Shown: piece by piece, positions 47,005 through 56,607 of the stretch
Numbering within the stretch: the first letter of the stretch is position 1
Layout: the number at the start of each line of letters is the position of its first letter
Origin: an uncultured Bacteroidales bacterium
GTDB lineage: Bacteria > Bacteroidota > Bacteroidia > Bacteroidales > VadinHA17
Direction of reading: 5' to 3'
DNA: 64,000 nucleotides
Assembly: GCA_963780735.1 (NCBI GenBank)
Contig: CAWADB010000006.1
Span: 34,106 to 98,105 of the forward strand
Made by a program: the position numbers and the translations under genes
The notes under the pieces: model-generated
What the model was told of the DNA's origin: nothing
The model's input: only the letters and a program-made list of their open reading frames with translations
Databases searched by the model: none

Positions 47005-47994
47005 ATGAGAAAAACTCTCAGTTTAGTATTGCTGTCAGCAGCCTTACTGCTCCCTGTGCAGGCACAGGAAAGTGATCAGTTTAAGCCTTCGGGGAAAATT
47101 TTCGGTCTGCTGTTTGCTGATTATCACACCACCTTCTCAGGAGGAGAGAATGTACCCGTATTCGAGATCACACGTTCTTATCTCGGCTTTGACTATAATT
47201 TTTCCAAAACCATCATGAGCCGGGTAATGTATGATGGAATGACACAGGTAGTCAACGGAAAAATAATATCTGTCGGATACCTGCGTAATGCATTCCTTCA
47301 GTATGATAACGGCAATCTCACGCTTCGCGGAGGGTTGATTGGGGTTGAACAGTTTTCGATGGCTGATAAATTCTGGAATTACAGGTATATCACCAAGACA
47401 CCAATAGAATACTCTGCAATGATATTTTCAGTAGACCTTGGGCTTATGGCAAAATACCAGGTTGCTGAGGCGGTGTCAATTGACATCGGATTGCTGAACG
47501 GAAGAGGATACAAAGATGTCGCACCCGATACAACCATGAAATTAATAACTGGCATTACTGTCAAACCTGCTAAGAATTTTTTGTTCCGGGGTTATTACGA
47601 TGCGATGGGTCCGGGCGGTGAAAGGCAGATGACAATCAGCTTTACCGGAGCTTATCTGGGACCTGTATTCTCTCTCGGAGCAGAATATTTCAGGCAGAAT
47701 AATCACCTGACTGAAGTGGGTGAAAACTACTCAGGTGTAAGCATCTTTACGGCAGCAAAGATAGCAGAGAAATTTTCAGTCTTTGCACGATATGATAATA
47801 TAGGATCTGTCACACTGGAAGGTGAGACAGATCCATGGAATTTGGGCAAGGATGGAATAAACCTGTTCATAGGTTTTGACTACTCTCCTGTAAAGAATGT
47901 TAGAATTTCCCCTAACTTTATTGGGTTTGTACCGGATGACGAAAACGCTGATTTTGCAGGAACCGTCGGGTTGAATGTGGAGGCGAGGTTCTAG
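47005..47994 (+). CDS. Putative phosphate-selective porin (beta-barrel OMP)
   Basis: It has a signal peptide (LLLPVQAQ), beta-strand periodicity and a C-terminal ...NVEARF. It lies directly upstream of pstS. The function is inferred from context. Confidence 0.5.
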   Translation: MRKTLSLVLLSAALLLPVQAQESDQFKPSGKIFGLLFADYHTTFSGGENVPVFEITRSYLGFDYNFSKTIMSRVMYDGMTQVVNGKIISVGYLRNAFLQYDNGNLTLRGGLIGVEQFSMADKFWNYRYITKTPIEYSAMIFSVDLGLMAKYQVAEAVSIDIGLLNGRGYKDVAPDTTMKLITGITVKPAKNFLFRGYYDAMGPGGERQMTISFTGAYLGPVFSLGAEYFRQNNHLTEVGENYSGVSIFTAAKIAEKFSVFARYDNIGSVTLEGETDPWNLGKDGINLFIGFDYSPVKNVRISPNFIGFVPDDENADFAGTVGLNVEARF

Positions 47995-47997
47995 GCT

Positions 47998-48034
47998 TTA
48001 ATTAAAAATTAAAAATTAAGAATTAAGAATTTAA
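47998..48034. repeat. AT-rich 8-nt tandem repeat (AATTAAAA/AATTAAGA, about 4 copies)
   Basis: TTAATTAAAAATTAAAAATTAAGAATTAAGAATTTAAC lies between the porin stop and the pstS start. It is related to the reverse complement of the tract at 17293-17322. Confidence 0.7.
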
Positions 48035-48052
48035 CGGATAACAGAAATTGAA

Positions 48053-49117
48053 ATGAAAAAACAAATCTTTCTTTTAGTAGTAATTGTGGCTCTTATAGCT
48101 GCTTCATGTGGTAGCGGCGGACAAAAAGCCGGTAAGGAAAAGCAAATCACACTCTCCGCAGCAGGGGCTACATTCCCGCAGCCTTTTTATAATCTCGCCT
48201 TTAAAAAGTACAATGAAGAGGGCGGACCAGTCATCAATTATGGCGGGATAGGTTCGGGCGGAGGCATCAAGAGCCTGCGTGACAGGGTTGTGGACTTCGG
48301 TGCGACAGATGCATATCTGTCTGACACTGAACTGTCTGAGATGCCTGGTGAGGTGGTTCATATCCCTACCTGCATCGGTGCAGTGGTCATAGCCTATAAC
48401 CTTCCGGGAGTGACAGAGCTGAAACTTACGCCTGAATTACTGGAGGGCATTTTCCTCGGTACCATAAAAAAATGGAATGATAAGAAGCTTGCCGATATCA
48501 ATCCAGGCATTACCCTTCCTGATATGGATATTACTGTCGTATACCGTTCCGACGGCAGCGGCACGACATACATCTTCAGCGATTACATGTCGAAGGTCAG
48601 CCAGACCTGGAACGGGCAACTCGGCACAGGTAAGGCCCTTAACTGGCCAACCGGTATAGGTGCCAAAGGTAACCCGGGCGTGGCAGGCACAATCAGCCAG
48701 AGTGCAGGAACCATCGGATATATCGGATTTGAGTATGCCTTTGCGCAGAAAATACTCATGGCACAGGTGATGAACAAAGCCGGGAACTATATAGTGCCAA
48801 CGCTGGCTTCGTTTACTGCTGCTGCTTCTGCTGAGATGCCGTCTGACACAAGGATCATGATCACCAACTCGGCCAGCCCGGAAGCCTACCCTATTACAAG
48901 CTTTACATGGATAATAATGTATAAGGAACAGGCCTACGGAGATCGCTCGCCTGCTACAGCTGAAGCAACAGTGAAAGCGGTGAACTGGCTCACCGGCGCG
49001 GATGCCCAGGCAATAGCAACAAGTGTCCACTATGCCCCGCTGCCACAAAAAGCCTCTGAGCAGGCTGCTCTGGTCCTTAAAAGTATACAATATAAAGGCC
49101 AACCCATACTGAAATAA
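48053..49117 (+). CDS. pstS: Phosphate ABC transporter substrate-binding protein
   Basis: Lipoprotein-like signal (IAASCG). Motifs GATFPQPFY, GSGGGI and RSDGSGTT. Confidence 0.9.
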   Translation: MKKQIFLLVVIVALIAASCGSGGQKAGKEKQITLSAAGATFPQPFYNLAFKKYNEEGGPVINYGGIGSGGGIKSLRDRVVDFGATDAYLSDTELSEMPGEVVHIPTCIGAVVIAYNLPGVTELKLTPELLEGIFLGTIKKWNDKKLADINPGITLPDMDITVVYRSDGSGTTYIFSDYMSKVSQTWNGQLGTGKALNWPTGIGAKGNPGVAGTISQSAGTIGYIGFEYAFAQKILMAQVMNKAGNYIVPTLASFTAAASAEMPSDTRIMITNSASPEAYPITSFTWIIMYKEQAYGDRSPATAEATVKAVNWLTGADAQAIATSVHYAPLPQKASEQAALVLKSIQYKGQPILK

Positions 49118-49122
49118 GGCTG

Positions 49123-49974
49123 ATGAACGGTGACAGGGTTATAAAGGCCTTGCTGTTTGTTTCGTCACTGATAATACTTTTATTGAGTGCCGGGATAGTC
49201 CTCTCCCTCGCAGGGGGGGCTATTCCTGCGTTTAGGGAATATGGTCTGGGGTTCATCACCTCCACGGTCTGGAACCCCACATCCGGCAGCGAAGAATATG
49301 GGGCATTTCCTTTCATTGCGGGGACCGTTATTACCTCGATCCTTGCCCTGATAATATGCATCCCAATGGCCTTCTCTACCTCACTCTTTATAGCCGAATA
49401 TTACAATGGAACGCGCACTGCCGGCATCCTGCGGAGCCTGGTCGATCTGCTGGCAGGGATACCTTCCATTGTTTATGGCTTCTGGGGGTTCTACGCCCTG
49501 CGGCCTTTGCTGGTAAGTACCGGTCTGACCGATCAGGGATTCGGTGTCTTCACCGCCTCACTGGTATTGGCTATTATGATTGTTCCCTACGCCACCTCAC
49601 TGAGCACTGAGATCATTTCCATGGTGCCTCCTGAGCTCAAGGAGGCAGCTTATTCGCTGGGGGCCACACGTCGCGAAGTCATCTTCAGCGTCATCATCCC
49701 TTCAGCCCGGTCAGGTATTGTTGCCAGCTTTATCCTTGCACTCGGCAGAGCTCTCGGTGAGACAATGGCTGTCACAATGCTTATTGGCAATGCCAATGTT
49801 ATTCCGAAGGGACTGTTCTCCCCGGGCAATACTATGGCATCTGTTATTGCCAACCAGTTCGGCGAAGCTGACGGGCTAAAGATGAGCGCCCTGATAGCAA
49901 TTGGGTTACTCCTCTTTGCCATCACCGCATTGGTGAATGCAGCAGGCAAGTTTATAATCAGACGATTCGCTTAG
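49123..49974 (+). CDS. pstC: Phosphate ABC transporter permease PstC
   Basis: 283 aa, six TM helices, EAA-loop motif EAAYSLGATRREV. Confidence 0.9.
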   Translation: MNGDRVIKALLFVSSLIILLLSAGIVLSLAGGAIPAFREYGLGFITSTVWNPTSGSEEYGAFPFIAGTVITSILALIICIPMAFSTSLFIAEYYNGTRTAGILRSLVDLLAGIPSIVYGFWGFYALRPLLVSTGLTDQGFGVFTASLVLAIMIVPYATSLSTEIISMVPPELKEAAYSLGATRREVIFSVIIPSARSGIVASFILALGRALGETMAVTMLIGNANVIPKGLFSPGNTMASVIANQFGEADGLKMSALIAIGLLLFAITALVNAAGKFIIRRFA

Positions 49975-49975
49975 C

Positions 49976-50863
49976 ATGGCCATGGAGATTGTACTAAATG
50001 ATAACATTAAACGCCGTAACCGGACCAATGGACGTTTCAGGTATCTCATTATTGCAGGTGCCGTAATCACTATCATACCCATATTCCTTATTGTCGGTAA
50101 TCTTGCTGCCAAAGGATACCGGCAGATCAACACTGCCTTCTTCACCGAACCGGCACCTGATACCTTCCAGGCAATGATGGCTGCCTCATCAGGCGAGGTC
50201 ATTCCCGGAGGCATCGCAAACGGTCTCATAGGATCGTTGCTGATGGTACTCGCAGCATCTCTTATTGCTATTCCCCTGGGACTGATGACAGGTATATATC
50301 TCTATGAGAACAGAACAAAACGCTATGCAGGCATTATCAGAAGCCTCACTGAGATCCTTCAGGGCGTACCTTCGATCATACTTGGCATCATTGCTTACCT
50401 GTGGATAGTGAAGAACATCACGCGGGGTTATTCAGCCATGGCAGGCAGCGTGGCTCTGACAATCATGATGCTGCCGCTCATAATAAGATCAACGGAAGAG
50501 ACAATGATGATGATCCCCTCCACCATCAAAGAGGCGGCATATGCTCTTGGCGTGCCATATTACAAGATGATCTACAAGATCCTTATCCCTGTCAGCTTCA
50601 GCGGCCTGGCTACCGGCGTGCTGCTGGCACTGTCAAGAATATTAGGCGAGACCGCACCACTGATGCTTACTGCACTGGGAAGCCCCGCCATCAGCCTTGA
50701 CATCACAAAGCCCGTCAGCGCAGTGCCCTTGCTGATATGGGACTTCTACAACGACCCCAACATGGTTAATCTTGTATGGAGCGCCTCTCTCTTCCTAATG
50801 GTCTTTGTACTCTCAATGAACCTGCTCTCCCGAAGTATTTCCTCAAAACGTAAATATATCTGA
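49976..50863 (+). CDS. pstA: Phosphate ABC transporter permease PstA
   Basis: 295 aa, EAA-loop motif EAAYALGVPYYKM. It follows pstC. Confidence 0.9.
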   Translation: MAMEIVLNDNIKRRNRTNGRFRYLIIAGAVITIIPIFLIVGNLAAKGYRQINTAFFTEPAPDTFQAMMAASSGEVIPGGIANGLIGSLLMVLAASLIAIPLGLMTGIYLYENRTKRYAGIIRSLTEILQGVPSIILGIIAYLWIVKNITRGYSAMAGSVALTIMMLPLIIRSTEETMMMIPSTIKEAAYALGVPYYKMIYKILIPVSFSGLATGVLLALSRILGETAPLMLTALGSPAISLDITKPVSAVPLLIWDFYNDPNMVNLVWSASLFLMVFVLSMNLLSRSISSKRKYI

Positions 50864-50868
50864 CACTG

Positions 50869-51645
50869 ATGAGTGACACTCAAAACAGCGGCCCTGTAAT
50901 AAAGATAGAAAAACTCTCGATAGCATACGAGCCCGGCCGCTATGCCGTCAGCAATGTATCTGCTGACATAAAGCGACACAACATCACCGCCATCATGGGC
51001 CCCTCGGGATGCGGGAAGAGCACCCTGTTGCGTGGTCTGAACCGTATGCATGAGCTCTATCCAAACATCGAGACAAAAGGTGAAATACTGCTTAATGGAC
51101 AGAGCATTTTTTCAATGTCCGTCATTGAGTTGCGTCGTAAGGTGGGGATGGTGTTCCAGCGACCTAATCCCTTTCCCAACATGACGATATATGAGAACGT
51201 CATCGCCGGCTTCAGCCTGAACGACATAAGGCTTAAAAAGAGTCAACGGGACGAGATCGTCGAGAATGCCCTCAGGAATGTCACCCTGTGGGATGAGGTG
51301 AAAGAATTCCTGTACCGGAAGGGGACCTTTCTATCAGGAGGCCAGCAGCAGCGTCTCTGCGTGGCACGCGCTATAGCCTTCAACCCTGAGGTGCTGCTCC
51401 TCGATGAGCCCACCTCAGCGCTTGACCCTATAGCTACATCAAAAATTGAAGACCTGCTAGTAGAGTTGAAGAAACAATACACACTGGTCCTTGTTACACA
51501 TAATATGTCTCAGGCTGCAAGAATCTCCGATGATTCGATGTTCATGTACCTGGGTGAGCTTGTGGAAACAGGCCGGACAGAATCTCTCTTTACCAATCCG
51601 AAGGATGCACGTACGGAGTCATATCTTACAGGCAAATTCGGTTGA
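50869..51645 (+). CDS. pstB: Phosphate ABC transporter ATP-binding protein
   Basis: Walker A GPSGCGKST, signature LSGGQQQR, Walker B LLLDEPTSALD. Confidence 0.95.
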   Translation: MSDTQNSGPVIKIEKLSIAYEPGRYAVSNVSADIKRHNITAIMGPSGCGKSTLLRGLNRMHELYPNIETKGEILLNGQSIFSMSVIELRRKVGMVFQRPNPFPNMTIYENVIAGFSLNDIRLKKSQRDEIVENALRNVTLWDEVKEFLYRKGTFLSGGQQQRLCVARAIAFNPEVLLLDEPTSALDPIATSKIEDLLVELKKQYTLVLVTHNMSQAARISDDSMFMYLGELVETGRTESLFTNPKDARTESYLTGKFG

Positions 51646-51685
51646 TTAAAACGCATATTTCTTACATTTGTTAAAACACCTGATA

Positions 51686-52378
51686 ATGAGCGGAAAAAAG
51701 GAACAGGCAATAAATGAGATAATGACCAGTTTCAGCGAAATGGCCAACCTTGTGCTGAAACAGCTTACCCTCCTTGAGAGGCTGATGACCACATCAGATG
51801 ACCAGGACTTTAAAATACTGGCGGGACAGATGAAGGAGGCAGAAAACCTTATCGACAACTATGAAGTGGTTATCGGTGAGCAGTTCACCAACACCATCGT
51901 TCTTTACCAGCCGGTAGCCTCAGATGTGCGCCGGATAGTGGCTTGCTATCGCATGACTGTCAATCTCGAGCGCATTGGTGACCGCATAAATAACCTGATC
52001 AGGATAATTGAAGCGATCAGAAAAAGCAATGAATATGAATCCATCTGCGCGCTCGTCAATAATATGCTCACTTCGGGAACCATTATGGTCGAAAAAGCGC
52101 TGCTTTCATTTATAAATGATGACCCGGATTTTGCAATATGGACAATCAAGAATGACTCGGTCGTTGACGAGATGAACCACAAACTGCTTATCAGCTATAT
52201 TAACAGATCATCACTTGATGATGAAACACGGCAGACCGTGCTGAGATATGTAGAATTAAAGGATATGATATCAAATATTGAAAGGATTGCCGATCATGCA
52301 ACCAACATAGCTGAAGCTTCAATTTATTCGATGCAGGGTACTGATATACGGCATACGGGCATTGGTAAAGGTGAATAA
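51686..52378 (+). CDS. phoU: Phosphate signalling complex protein PhoU
   Basis: Two PhoU repeats (NLERIGDRINN and NIERIADHATNIAE). I prefer the ATG at 51686 to the TTG at 51668. Confidence 0.85.
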   Translation: MSGKKEQAINEIMTSFSEMANLVLKQLTLLERLMTTSDDQDFKILAGQMKEAENLIDNYEVVIGEQFTNTIVLYQPVASDVRRIVACYRMTVNLERIGDRINNLIRIIEAIRKSNEYESICALVNNMLTSGTIMVEKALLSFINDDPDFAIWTIKNDSVVDEMNHKLLISYINRSSLDDETRQTVLRYVELKDMISNIERIADHATNIAEASIYSMQGTDIRHTGIGKGE

Positions 52379-52382
52379 ACAG

Positions 52383-53060
52383 GTGGTTGAGAACAAAAGA
52401 ATACTGGCAGTAGACGACGAGGAAGATATCCTTGAGATACTCTCATTCAACCTGGCCGGTGAGGGTTATGTTGTTGACACCGCCACCTCGGCCGAAGAAG
52501 CCATGCGCAAAAACCTCTTTTCCTATGACCTCTTTATTCTTGACGTGATGATGGGAGCTATGTCAGGTTTCCGTCTTGCTGAAAAAATAAGGAAGGAGCT
52601 GAACCTGACAACACCTATTATTTTTCTCACTGCCAGAGACACTGATAATGACAAGATAACAGGCTTCAACCTGGGAGCTGACGACTACATGGCCAAACCC
52701 TTTTCTGTAAGAGAGCTTATGGTCAGGGTCAGAGCTATCATTCGCAGATCTTCCCCTTCTCAGGTTAAGACGGAAACAACATCAGGCGATTTTATAATCG
52801 ATATAGAAAATAAACTGATCGTATCAGACGGCAAAACACTCGAACTGACCAGAAAGGAATACGATATACTCGCCCTGTTTCTCCGGAACAAAGGCAAATT
52901 ATTTCCCCGGACAGAGATACTTACGCGCATCTGGGGTAATGACGTGATCGTTACAGACCGCACAGTGGACGTTACCATTGCCCGTATCAGAAGGAAACTG
53001 GGGGCAAAGGCCGGCATGATAAAAAATAAGTCAGGATACGGATATTATTTCGGTGATTGA
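52383..53060 (+). CDS. phoB: OmpR-family response regulator, PhoB-like by context
   Basis: Receiver domain (ILAVDDEEDIL, DLFILDVMM), a winged-helix output domain (LTRKEYDIL...RTVDVTIARIRRKL) and a C-terminal GYGYYF. The start could be GTG at 52383 or TTG at 52362. Confidence 0.7.
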   Translation: MVENKRILAVDDEEDILEILSFNLAGEGYVVDTATSAEEAMRKNLFSYDLFILDVMMGAMSGFRLAEKIRKELNLTTPIIFLTARDTDNDKITGFNLGADDYMAKPFSVRELMVRVRAIIRRSSPSQVKTETTSGDFIIDIENKLIVSDGKTLELTRKEYDILALFLRNKGKLFPRTEILTRIWGNDVIVTDRTVDVTIARIRRKLGAKAGMIKNKSGYGYYFGD

Positions 53061-53072
53061 AAAAAGAAACCT

Positions 53073-54833
53073 ATGACAGGCAGAAAAAGCTATAATCGAA
53101 AACTGTTTCTCTACTACTTCAGTGTCTTTCTCCTATTCACTGTTCTAATGATGATTTTCCAGTACGGACGTGAAAAGAGGATCAGGATAGCCGCCCTTGA
53201 CAACAGGCTTAACGACATGTCAGGCCTCGTAGACAGATATATCAGGGTAAACTCAATCATAGAAAGTGGTAATTATAAACTGATAGACTCAATCTACAAC
53301 CTTATACCGGTTCCTGACCTGCGTATTACCCTTATAGCCATTGATGGCAAAGTACTGTATGACAGCTCGGTGGAAGACTGGAACACATTGGATAACCATC
53401 TCACCAGACCCGAAGTGGGCAAATCACTTTTCTCACCGTACGGAACAGCAGTCCGTAAATCAGCTTCTACAGGAAAGGAATACTATTATTTCTCAAGATA
53501 CTTCAGCACTTATTACGTCAGGCTGGCTGAAGAGTACAACATCAACATAAAGGGATTTCTCCGGAGGGATAATATCTTTCTTCTCTTTATGGCTGTCACT
53601 TTCCTGGTTATCTGGGCGTTACTTGCACTGGTGACCAGGCGAATGGGGAAAAGTATTACAATGCTTCGCGAGTTTGCTGCCAGGGTCAGACGCGGCGAAG
53701 GAAATGACCCGGCAGTAATATTCCCTAAAAATGAGATAGGAGAAACAGGCAAGGAAATTATAAAAATATATAATAATCTCGCTAAAAACACTGAAGAGCT
53801 TAACCTTCAGAAAGAGAAACTTTTCAGACACCTGCATGTTCTTAACGAAGGAGTGGCGTTTTTGTCTTCTGACCGTAAAGTAACAATGTCGAACAACCTT
53901 TTCATGGTCTTCCTTAATACCCTGACAGGGGAGCATTCATTATCTCCCGAAGGATTTATTGACCATCCTCTGTTTGCCGGTGTGAAATCATTCCTGCATA
54001 ACCATCAGCACCTGACAACAAAAAATGCCGAGACCCCTTCAACAGAATTCCATATAGAAAAAGCCGGAAAGTTCTTCGGCATTCGTTGCATTCTTTTTCA
54101 CGATGACAGTTTCGAAATAGTTATTACCGATATCACCCGTACCGAACAGACCAAGGCGATGCGTCAGCAAATGACGTCAAATATCGCACATGAGTTAAAA
54201 ACTCCTATCGCTTCAGTAAGGGGGTATCTTGAGACGCTGATGGAGAACAAGGACCTTGATGAAGAGAAAAAACATTATTTCCTTGACAAGGCACTCGCTC
54301 AGTCGACACGGCTCACTGACCTGATAAATGATATCGTCACCCTTAACAAGCTTGATGAGACAGGCAGCAGCTTCCCGTTTGAGGAAGTTGATGTATTCGG
54401 TATCGTGAAAGAAGTGTGCGAAAACCTGACGACATCGATAAGCAAGAAAAAGATCAGGGTGGATATTGATATCGATCCTGCCACCAGGGTCACAGCTAAC
54501 AGGTCTCTTGTGGTCTCCGTCTTCCAGAATCTTATGGAAAATGCCGTCACGTATGCAGGCGAGAATGTAACTGTAACCGTCAGAAGCCTTCCGGGTGTAC
54601 CCGGTTTCCGGCGTTTCTCATTTGCGGATGACGGTATCGGTATTCCTGAGGAACATCAGCCACGTATTTTTGAACGGTTTTACAGGATTGATGACGGCCG
54701 GTCACGCAAGAGCGGAGGCACAGGACTGGGATTAGCCATTGTTAAGAACGCCATCTTATTGCATAAAGGTGAGATATCCGTCAAAACACGCCAGGGTGGC
54801 GGCACCGAATTCATCTTCTCCCTTCCGGCATAA
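53073..54833 (+). CDS. phoR: Sensor histidine kinase, PhoR-like by context
   Basis: It has two TM segments, an H-box IAHELKTPIASVRGY, and HATPase N/G boxes (NLMENAVTY, DDGIGIP, GGTGLGLAI). Confidence 0.7.
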   Translation: MTGRKSYNRKLFLYYFSVFLLFTVLMMIFQYGREKRIRIAALDNRLNDMSGLVDRYIRVNSIIESGNYKLIDSIYNLIPVPDLRITLIAIDGKVLYDSSVEDWNTLDNHLTRPEVGKSLFSPYGTAVRKSASTGKEYYYFSRYFSTYYVRLAEEYNINIKGFLRRDNIFLLFMAVTFLVIWALLALVTRRMGKSITMLREFAARVRRGEGNDPAVIFPKNEIGETGKEIIKIYNNLAKNTEELNLQKEKLFRHLHVLNEGVAFLSSDRKVTMSNNLFMVFLNTLTGEHSLSPEGFIDHPLFAGVKSFLHNHQHLTTKNAETPSTEFHIEKAGKFFGIRCILFHDDSFEIVITDITRTEQTKAMRQQMTSNIAHELKTPIASVRGYLETLMENKDLDEEKKHYFLDKALAQSTRLTDLINDIVTLNKLDETGSSFPFEEVDVFGIVKEVCENLTTSISKKKIRVDIDIDPATRVTANRSLVVSVFQNLMENAVTYAGENVTVTVRSLPGVPGFRRFSFADDGIGIPEEHQPRIFERFYRIDDGRSRKSGGTGLGLAIVKNAILLHKGEISVKTRQGGGTEFIFSLPA

Positions 54834-54874
54834 ACCGTAATTGGACAGGTCAGAAACAGGTCTCAGACCTGTCT

Positions 54875-55915
54875 CTAACTGTTTATGATCAACGGATAGT
54901 CTTTTCCTGACAGAACCCTGCCGATGACTGCAGCCTCCGGGTGGCCTGAATGGTGAAGGTCAGCGAGCAGAGCTCCGGACTGTACCTCTGCCACTGCCAT
55001 CAGCAGTCCGCCCGATGTCTGCGCATCTTGTGCGATCATCTTCAGGTTATAATCAAGACCCTCTTCGAAAAGTGTATCTCTCTCGGTATAATCCAGGTTG
55101 CGGAAGGCGGCACCCGGTATGCAACCTTGCTCAGCCAGATTATATGCACCTTCCAGAAGCGGCACACTGCTCATGTTTAAAAGTATAGTCACGCCTGACC
55201 CGCGCGCCATCTTCAACGCATGACCGGCGAGTCCAAAGCCCGTTATGTCGGTAGCGCCCCTTATGCCATACTTCTGCATCAGCCGTGCACCGTCATTGTT
55301 AAGCCTCATCATCATCCGCTTCGCTTCATCAAGCTGGCCGGCAGAAGTCATCTTCATCCTGTGGCCGGCAAGAATGATCCCGGTGCCGACAGGCTTCGTA
55401 AGAATAAGCAGGTCGCCGTCCTTCGCTCCGGCATTGGTGATGATCCTGTCAGGATGTACGGTGCCGATTACAGCCAGGCCGTACTTCGGCGGGTAATCAT
55501 CGATGCTGTGACCTCCTATGATGCTCACCCCGGCTTCCTTCGCCTTGTCATACCCGCCCCTCAGTATGTCTGAATATACTTCGAGCGGGATCTGCGAGGA
55601 CGGGAACATCATGATGTTCAGTGCCAGAAGGGGTGTTCCACCCATGGCATAAACATCACTTATTGAGTTTGTTGCGGCTATCAGTCCAAATTCATAACCG
55701 TCACTCACCAGCGGGGGAAAGAAATCGGTGGTGAACACCAGGGCAAGGTCATCACTGATCTTATACACACCGGCATCATCATGCGTGGCGATATCAACGA
55801 GTATTTTCGGATCGACGGGCAAAGGCAATGCTGACAGCAGCTCTTCAAGCTGCCGTGGCGGGATCTTTGACGAGCACCCACCCGTCTCAACCGTTGTAAG
55901 AAGATCGAAAGCCAT
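54875..55915 (-). CDS. selD: Selenide, water dikinase (Cys-type)
   Basis: The N-terminal GGCSSKIPP uses a TGC Cys codon at the active-site position. An AIR-synthase-like fold is present (DDAGVY, ATDITGFGLAGH). Confidence 0.9.
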   Translation of the reverse strand: MAFDLLTTVETGGCSSKIPPRQLEELLSALPLPVDPKILVDIATHDDAGVYKISDDLALVFTTDFFPPLVSDGYEFGLIAATNSISDVYAMGGTPLLALNIMMFPSSQIPLEVYSDILRGGYDKAKEAGVSIIGGHSIDDYPPKYGLAVIGTVHPDRIITNAGAKDGDLLILTKPVGTGIILAGHRMKMTSAGQLDEAKRMMMRLNNDGARLMQKYGIRGATDITGFGLAGHALKMARGSGVTILLNMSSVPLLEGAYNLAEQGCIPGAAFRNLDYTERDTLFEEGLDYNLKMIAQDAQTSGGLLMAVAEVQSGALLADLHHSGHPEAAVIGRVLSGKDYPLIINS

Positions 55916-55920
55916 GAGGG

Positions 55921-56538
55921 TCAGGGACGGATTATATGATCAGCATCATTAAGCAGATTAAGGATCTGGTACATATCACTGAAGCTGCCCACCGGCAGGC
56001 GGTCCTTAATCTGGAAGTGGTTAATACAATTGGTACAGAGATAAACAGAGGTACCCTTTGCCAGAAGCTCCTTTATAAAGTCCAGCACAGGTGAATCATC
56101 CATGGCAAGCTTCACTCCCGAGTTGTAAAATACCACCGAAGCCGGTGCGGGTTCAATCATCACCAGTGTCCTGAAAAAAGTGATCATCAGCTTAGCTCCC
56201 AGCCCGTCATCGCCGCTGCCCATTTTCTCAGATGTTACGGCGACAACCGTGTTGCGCCTGCGCAGAGGGGCATCTGCTTCAGGAGCACAATATGCCTCCT
56301 CGTTCGCACTAATTTCAGTCTTTTCCCCGCGGGTGACAGTCACATATGCCAGGTCTCCCTCCTCCCTGACCGTGAATGTCAGCTTGTTGTCGGCCAGGTA
56401 TCGTCTGACATTCCCAAGGGAAGTCTTATTGTCAATTATCACCTGCACAGCCTCTCCCTCCGCAGCTTCTGTCAGTCCCTGCCGGGTCTTTATCAGTGGA
56501 GCCGGACACGTAAGTCCGCGCGTATCAACGATCTTCAT
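55921..56538 (-). CDS. yedF: Sulfurtransferase-like selenium metabolism protein YedF
   Basis: The N-terminal TusA-like domain carries the motif RGLTCPAPLIKT. The C-terminal domain is DsrE/YedF-like. Length is 205 aa. It lies 5 nt downstream of selD on the same strand. Confidence 0.75.
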   Translation of the reverse strand: MKIVDTRGLTCPAPLIKTRQGLTEAAEGEAVQVIIDNKTSLGNVRRYLADNKLTFTVREEGDLAYVTVTRGEKTEISANEEAYCAPEADAPLRRRNTVVAVTSEKMGSGDDGLGAKLMITFFRTLVMIEPAPASVVFYNSGVKLAMDDSPVLDFIKELLAKGTSVYLCTNCINHFQIKDRLPVGSFSDMYQILNLLNDADHIIRP

Positions 56539-56607
56539 TTATTGATTTTTAACCTTCAAATATAGACAGAAATGGGTACTTTTGAAGAACAGCAGAATTT
56601 CAAAATC

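Noticed and set aside
54875-55915. Checked whether selD encodes selenocysteine at its active site
   Set aside because: The codon in GGCSSK is TGC (Cys), and the ORF has no in-frame TGA.
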